From the NCBI GenBank assembly GCA_048884785.1, contig JBHLQM010000073.1:1-12248 (forward strand): a DNA stretch of 12,248 bases. Direction: 5' to 3'. Of the stretch, positions 7,772 through 12,248 are shown one piece after another (the stretch's first letter is position 1; every line of letters begins with the position of its first letter). The DNA comes from Candidatus Thorarchaeota archaeon (GTDB lineage: Archaea; Asgardarchaeota; Thorarchaeia; Thorarchaeales; Thorarchaeaceae). Both the position numbers and the translations under genes were made by a program. The notes beneath the pieces were generated by a model, which ran no database searches, had not been told where the DNA came from, and saw nothing but the letters and a program-made list of their open reading frames with translations.

Positions 7772-8581
7772 CTAATTCACAGGCTTGTATGCAGCAATTT
7801 TCGCACTTGCTGCAAACCCAAAGGAAGCCTTAGATTCCACTTTTACATTCTCGAAACCAGCGTTACTGATATGCTCTAAGTATTCCTTCTCCAGGATTGC
7901 CCCACCTACGCAGCCTGTATATGTTGAAACTTTGGCTCGTTCCTCGGGTGGCAACTCATTGTTCAAAACAATGTCTGATACCATTATGCGACCGCCAGGT
8001 TTGAGAACTCGATAGGACTCTCGAAACACCTTTGCCTTATCAGGTGCTAGATTGATGACACAATTGCTGATGATGACGTCTATGGTATCATTCTCAACTG
8101 GTAAATCCTCAATGTCACCTTGTCGAAACTCAACATTGGTGAGTCCTAGCTGTTGAATGTTGTCAGTAGCTTTCTGGATCATTTCAGGAGTCATGTCGAC
8201 ACCAATTACTCGACCCTCATCACCTACCTGACGAGCTGCCATTATCACGTCGAGACCAGCTCCACTTCCTAAATCAAGCACAACTTCTCCCTTTCTGAGA
8301 CTTGCCAACGCTATTGGATTTCCACATCCTGCAAAAGATTCAGTTGCAGATGACGGAAGACCCTCAATATCATATCCCATTGAAAGGGCGACATTGCTGC
8401 GGGAGCTTGGTCCGCAACTAGAAGATGAATCAGTTCCGCAGCCTGACGTTGTTGCAGGACCACAACAGCCTGAACTTGCCTCAGGTTCGCTTTTTCTTTG
8501 GGCCACCTTCGTGTAGGCTTTGCGGACTTCATCTTTGATCTCATCAGAGGTCATTTCTTGTATTGTCTTTGTGTTTGTCAT
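7772..8581 (-). CDS. arsM: Arsenite S-adenosylmethionine methyltransferase (ArsM/AS3MT family), 269 aa
   Basis: Hallmark motifs GCGNP, VLDLGSGAGLD (SAM binding), GVDMT, IISNCVINL, LKPGG and GCVGGA, plus a Cys-rich N-terminus. True start is likely ATG8581 (RBS GAGGT 7 nt upstream), not TTG8611. Confidence 0.93.
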   Translation of the reverse strand: MTNTKTIQEMTSDEIKDEVRKAYTKVAQRKSEPEASSGCCGPATTSGCGTDSSSSCGPSSRSNVALSMGYDIEGLPSSATESFAGCGNPIALASLRKGEVVLDLGSGAGLDVIMAARQVGDEGRVIGVDMTPEMIQKATDNIQQLGLTNVEFRQGDIEDLPVENDTIDVIISNCVINLAPDKAKVFRESYRVLKPGGRIMVSDIVLNNELPPEERAKVSTYTGCVGGAILEKEYLEHISNAGFENVKVESKASFGFAASAKIAAYKPVN

Positions 8582-8598
8582 TCGAAAAACCTCTTTTT

Positions 8599-8724
8599 CT
8601 ACCCACAGCAAGACCCACTTCTCGAGGGCTTAGCTGCTTCTTCGCTGGGTTCACAACTACAATTGCTTGTAGTGTTTTCCCTGACTTCTTCAGAATTTAA
8701 CTTCTGTTTCTCATCGTCGTTCAT
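8599..8724 (-). CDS. Small Cys-rich acidic peptide, 41 aa (MNDDEKQKLNSEEVRENTTSNCSCEPSEEAAKPSRSGSCCG); putative As(III)/metal-binding peptide
   Basis: ATG8724 with RBS GGTGG 6 nt upstream; TAG at 8601-8599; CxC and terminal CCG motifs. It is the first ORF after the TATA box and ends 17 nt before the arsM start. Not in the supplied ORF track. Confidence 0.75.
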   Translation of the reverse strand: MNDDEKQKLNSEEVRENTTSNCSCEPSEEAAKPSRSGSCCG

Positions 8725-8738
8725 ACCGAACCACCATA

Positions 8739-8795
8739 TATCGGATGTGCAATATTGGTCAACCAATAGTATATATATTTATCGGGTATCCAATA
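8739..8795. promoter_or_regulatory. Divergent promoter: TATA box (8770-8782) flanked by three 16-bp palindromic operators
   Basis: TATCGG-ATGT-GCAATA (8739-8754), TATTGG-TCAA-CCAATA (8753-8768; perfect arms) and TATCGG-GTAT-CCAATA (8780-8795). TATATATATTTAT lies between sites 2 and 3. Confidence 0.65.
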
Positions 8796-8891
8796 ATGAA
8801 TGATGTGGGTAAAGGCCGTATATTCAGCTGTTATTTTTGCTCCGAATATGATATTAGTTTGATTTTGTAACAGGGGAATTAGGTGTGATAT

Positions 8892-9803
8892 TTGGACGCT
8901 ATTGATAAAGCAATACTCTTTATCCTTCTAGGCAACTGCCGAACCCCTTATAGAACCCTGGCACGCCAGCTCAACCTTACTGCCAATGCCGTCAAGAAGA
9001 GGGTTGATAATCTAATAAAATCGGGTGTAATTGTTCGGTTCTCAGTTGAATTGAGTCTTGCTATGATTGATGGAACCCAATTCATTGCCATTGTAACCAC
9101 CGACGGCACTGAAAAGGAGGAGGAATTCATCAATCTGATTGGATCCAATGAATATGTAAGAGATGTTGGAGCACTTTCAGGAACAGGCTATGTTGCTATG
9201 GGAGCTTCGGTAGGCCAAGAAAGCCTCAGAGAGGTCGGTGGTTTTTTGAGAGGACAAAAATGCGTAAAGGCTGTTGAATTTCATAGTCTGATGCATGATG
9301 CACTACATGGGCAAAAGACTGAATTCAGCAATCTCCAGCTCAGAGTACTCCGCTCCCTTATAGAGGATCCCCGCGCCTCGACACGTGAAATCTCAAGGTC
9401 AACTGGCTTAACAGTGAAAAGGGTGAGAAAAACCCTGAATCAATTGCTTGAAGGGAGAGGAGTGAATCTAGGGCTCCGCTGGAATCTTAGCATTGGTGAT
9501 AGCTTTGTTTTCCTTCTTAGAATACATTGGGATGAAAAATCAGCCTCATATGAAGAGGTCGTTGGCTTCATTTTGGAAAACTTTCCCCAACAATTCTATG
9601 GCCCACTTCTCACTGCAACTGAACCCCTTGTCTTCATCGTATTTGTAGTGGAGAATTTTCGAGAGGCGGATCAAATATCTAAAAAGGTTAGCAATGCTCC
9701 TTTCACGAAATCATCTCATACTCTCTTTGGCAAACCATCGGTCAGTTTCCCAGATCTCCGAAGCATCCTTCTTGAAAGGATGGTCAAAGATGCAGGGTAT
9801 TAG
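8892..9803 (+). CDS. Tandem (double) Lrp/AsnC-family transcriptional regulator
   Basis: Two AsnC-type HTHs (DAIDKAIL..NCRTPYRTLARQLNLTANAVKKRVDNLIKSGVI and NLQLRVLRSLIEDPRASTREISRSTGLTVKRVRKTL), each followed by a RAM-like alpha/beta domain. TTG start with RBS AGGTG at 8881-8885. Confidence 0.9.
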   Translation: MDAIDKAILFILLGNCRTPYRTLARQLNLTANAVKKRVDNLIKSGVIVRFSVELSLAMIDGTQFIAIVTTDGTEKEEEFINLIGSNEYVRDVGALSGTGYVAMGASVGQESLREVGGFLRGQKCVKAVEFHSLMHDALHGQKTEFSNLQLRVLRSLIEDPRASTREISRSTGLTVKRVRKTLNQLLEGRGVNLGLRWNLSIGDSFVFLLRIHWDEKSASYEEVVGFILENFPQQFYGPLLTATEPLVFIVFVVENFREADQISKKVSNAPFTKSSHTLFGKPSVSFPDLRSILLERMVKDAGY

Positions 9804-9818
9804 CCACCTACAAGTGAA

Positions 9819-9854
9819 GGGCTCAATGTGAACTCAGAGGTTCATATTCAGCCC
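9819..9854 (+). terminator. Stem-loop downstream of the Lrp gene (terminator, mRNA stabiliser or attenuator)
   Basis: GGGCT-C-AATGTGAAC-TCAGAG-GTTCATATT-C-AGCCC, 14 pairs including one G-U; no T-run follows. Confidence 0.4.
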
Positions 9855-9946
9855 ACCTAATTCAAAATACTACGCCCTTAGTGAACTCCCTAGCACACGC
9901 GAATAGAATTGCATTTTCTACTATCACTGTAATAGGTGATTCATAA

Positions 9947-10726
9947 ATGCAAATCACAGTTAAACAGACGACAGGAAAAATCAAGAAACCTGCAATCAGT
10001 CTGACCAATTTATCAAAAAGATTTGGAAGCTTTACGGCAGTTGATAATCTAAATCTAGAAATCGGTTGGGGTGAGATTTTTGGTCTCTTGGGACCAAATG
10101 GTGCAGGCAAAACAACAACAATAAACATGCTTTCAACGCTCTTGGATCCGAGCAGCGGAACAGCAGCAGTTGCAGGATACGACGTTGTAAAGCATGCCAA
10201 CGAAGTACGAACATTGATTGGCGTTTGTCCCCAGCAACCAGCGTTCTTTCCTTACCTTACCGGTAGAGAAAACATTCAACTATTCGGGCATCTCCATTTG
10301 ATACCTCAAGATCTGCTGGCTGAGAGGACAAACCAATTAGTAAAGCAGATGGGCTTGGAGGATGACGTTGACAGAAGAGCTGGTCACTACAGTGGAGGAC
10401 TGGTTCGACGCATCAGTACAATAATGGCTTTGATTCATGATCCCGACATTGCATTATTAGACGAGCCCACAGTTGCAATGGACCCTGTATCCCGACGTTC
10501 AGTGTGGGACTTCATCAAAGAATTGCGCCAAAAGGAAAAGACCATCATACTCACAACACACTACATGGAAGAAGCACAAGAACTGGCTGATAGGGTGGGC
10601 ATTATCGACCAAGGCAGATTGATAGAACTTGGAACCCCAGAAGCATTGATCGAGAAATACAACGTGGATGATCTCGAGGGGGTTTTTGTCAATATTACAG
10701 GCAAGAAACTGAAGGAGGCAGTCTAG
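9947..10726 (+). CDS. ABC-2 type exporter ATP-binding subunit (DrrA/NodI-like)
   Basis: Walker A GPNGAGKTT, Q-loop CPQ, signature YSGG, Walker B ALLDEPT, H-loop TTHY; RBS AGGTGA at 9934-9939. Confidence 0.95.
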   Translation: MQITVKQTTGKIKKPAISLTNLSKRFGSFTAVDNLNLEIGWGEIFGLLGPNGAGKTTTINMLSTLLDPSSGTAAVAGYDVVKHANEVRTLIGVCPQQPAFFPYLTGRENIQLFGHLHLIPQDLLAERTNQLVKQMGLEDDVDRRAGHYSGGLVRRISTIMALIHDPDIALLDEPTVAMDPVSRRSVWDFIKELRQKEKTIILTTHYMEEAQELADRVGIIDQGRLIELGTPEALIEKYNVDDLEGVFVNITGKKLKEAV

Positions 10727-11887
10727 ATGAAGTGGCGTAGAATTGCAGCTTTAGTAGAAAGAAATCTGAAGAAACTTGCAAGAGATCGAGGTACTCTGTT
10801 CCTTCTGATTCTTTTCCCTGTTGTAATGACTTTTGTCTTTGGGCTTGCATTTGGTGGAATTGGTGGATCTGGAAATCAGAGTTTCGCTATTGGTGTAGTA
10901 AATCTCGATGATGTTTCAGGAAACGACGAATGGGCTACAGACTTCATTGGCAATCTTTCTGATGTTGAAGGAATCGATGTGGTTCCGTATCAAGACATCA
11001 CAACTGGGCATGATGACCTACTCAGCGGTAGCCTTGACGGACTCATTATAATCCCATTGGGCTTTGGAGATAGCTGTTATTCATATTGGCTAGCACCACA
11101 GAATGAATCCGTTTGGTTGAATTCAACAATAGATCTTTACGTTGACAGCGGATCAATAATTGCCACAAGCGCAATCCCTCCGATTGTGCAGCAAACTTTG
11201 CTCAATACTCTATTTGGAAACACTCAAGCATCATTCGAGATACCCATAAAGATCACAAGTCCTGAGCTAGTTGTCGTTAGTTCGTTTACTCAGTGGGAAT
11301 ACATGGTACCAGGTATGTTTGCCTTCTCTGCGATATTCATTACAGTAATAGTTGCACAATCTATGACTGTTGAGAGAAGTGATGGTATACTCAAGCGATT
11401 TTCAACGACTCCATTATCCTCTGCTGAATACATGGTTAGCCAACTGGTATCTTATCTCGCGGTTGCATCCCTACAAGTTGCCATGATTTTCATAACTTCA
11501 TTTCTCATTGGCTATAGACCAGCCACAGGAGTTCTGGGAATCGGATTTGCAGTTGCACTTCTCGGAGTGTTTTCACTAGTCTGCGTTGGTCTTGGACTAA
11601 TTGCTGCTACATTCTCGAAATCTGAGGATAGTGCAACGGGATTGGCCTTCATGATCGCCCTACCCCAAATGTTCCTCGGAACTTTCATGCCTCTTGGTGG
11701 AATAGCAGAAGCAGTCTCAGCATTTATGCCAAGCAAGTATGTCACAGATGCACTAACGACGCTATTTCTCAGAGGAGCTCAGATTACCACCTTCTCAATC
11801 TGGATGGATCTCGGGATGGTAGTAATAGCAAGTGCAATTGTGGTCATAGCTGGTATTCTCCTCTTCGAAAAGTGGGGAAGGGGATGA
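10727..11887 (+). CDS. ABC-2 type exporter permease
   Basis: One N-terminal TM, a large extracellular loop, then five further TMs. ERSDGILKRFSTTPLS motif. The start abuts the ATPase stop (TAG-ATG). Confidence 0.93.
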   Translation: MKWRRIAALVERNLKKLARDRGTLFLLILFPVVMTFVFGLAFGGIGGSGNQSFAIGVVNLDDVSGNDEWATDFIGNLSDVEGIDVVPYQDITTGHDDLLSGSLDGLIIIPLGFGDSCYSYWLAPQNESVWLNSTIDLYVDSGSIIATSAIPPIVQQTLLNTLFGNTQASFEIPIKITSPELVVVSSFTQWEYMVPGMFAFSAIFITVIVAQSMTVERSDGILKRFSTTPLSSAEYMVSQLVSYLAVASLQVAMIFITSFLIGYRPATGVLGIGFAVALLGVFSLVCVGLGLIAATFSKSEDSATGLAFMIALPQMFLGTFMPLGGIAEAVSAFMPSKYVTDALTTLFLRGAQITTFSIWMDLGMVVIASAIVVIAGILLFEKWGRG

Positions 11888-11891
11888 GCTG

Positions 11892-12248
11892 ATGAATATG
11901 GTTGCCTTTGTTGAGGGGTATGCGGCCCTGTCCGCTACTTCTCAACATGATTCCTTGTACTCAGCCACAGGACGTACAATACTCTTACACAATAGTGAGG
12001 ATTGTAGGATTTATCTAACCAAAGGCCCTGAGTCATGGGAAGAGGTATACCTTGAGATTGAAGTCTACTTACCTATGGGCTGCGATACCAATCAGGAAAG
12101 TCTTGAACTAAACGATTTTGATTCTGAAATTGAGAGCCTATCACGAGCTCAGCTCCTCAGATACATCAACTACATTGAGTATCTCCTACTTCTGGAGGAG
12201 CATGGTTTCAAGATCGGAGTCGTGACAGATGAATGTGTACTCACTGCA
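11892..12248 (+). CDS. Hypothetical protein, partial (paralog of 140..535)
   Basis: ATG11892, 4 nt after the permease stop, open for 119 codons to the window end: MNMVAFVEGY...SEDCRIYLTK...LEIEVYLP...YIEYLLLLEEHGFKIGVVTDECVLTA. Not in the ORF track because it has no stop in the window. Confidence 0.85.
   Translation, partial: MNMVAFVEGYAALSATSQHDSLYSATGRTILLHNSEDCRIYLTKGPESWEEVYLEIEVYLPMGCDTNQESLELNDFDSEIESLSRAQLLRYINYIEYLLLLEEHGFKIGVVTDECVLTA

Noticed and set aside
8582-8611. TTG start for arsM at 8611, or pyrrolysine read-through of the peptide TAG
   Set aside because: ATG8581 has a proper RBS and TTG8611 overlaps the peptide gene. TAG read-through reaches TGA after six codons and is out of frame with arsM.
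8876-9863. 10-bp inverted repeat GAATTAGGTG / CACCTAATTC flanking the Lrp gene, as possible mobile-element ends
   Set aside because: Too short, includes the RBS itself, and there is no transposase or target-site duplication.
7785-11745. ORFs at 7785, 8311, 8498, 8948, 9862, 10032 and 11512
   Set aside because: Antisense or off-frame shadows of arsM, the Lrp gene and the ABC genes.

Overview
Archaeal DNA (~41% GC by eye, GGAGG/GGTGA ribosome-binding sites). The gene content points to an Asgard archaeon, probably Thorarchaeia; this is inferred from protein architectures, not from a search. The window opens with the 3' end of a membrane-protein gene and a 131-aa unknown protein. A 640-bp 'intergenic' gap then hides a highly structured RNA leader that buries the RBS of a 38-aa Arg-rich small ORF, followed by a terminator-like hairpin. 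Next is a 2169-aa receptor-like surface protein: signal peptide, about 13 Ig-like repeats, one TM helix and a cytoplasmic longin-like plus winged-helix-like tail. Convergent to it is arsM (arsenite methyltransferase), preceded by an unannotated 41-aa Cys-rich peptide. A divergent promoter carrying three TATYGG-N4-SCAATA palindromes separates these from a tandem double Lrp/AsnC regulator. An ABC-2 exporter pair follows, then a truncated paralog of the 131-aa protein. No rRNA, tRNA, CRISPR array or transposase was recognised.
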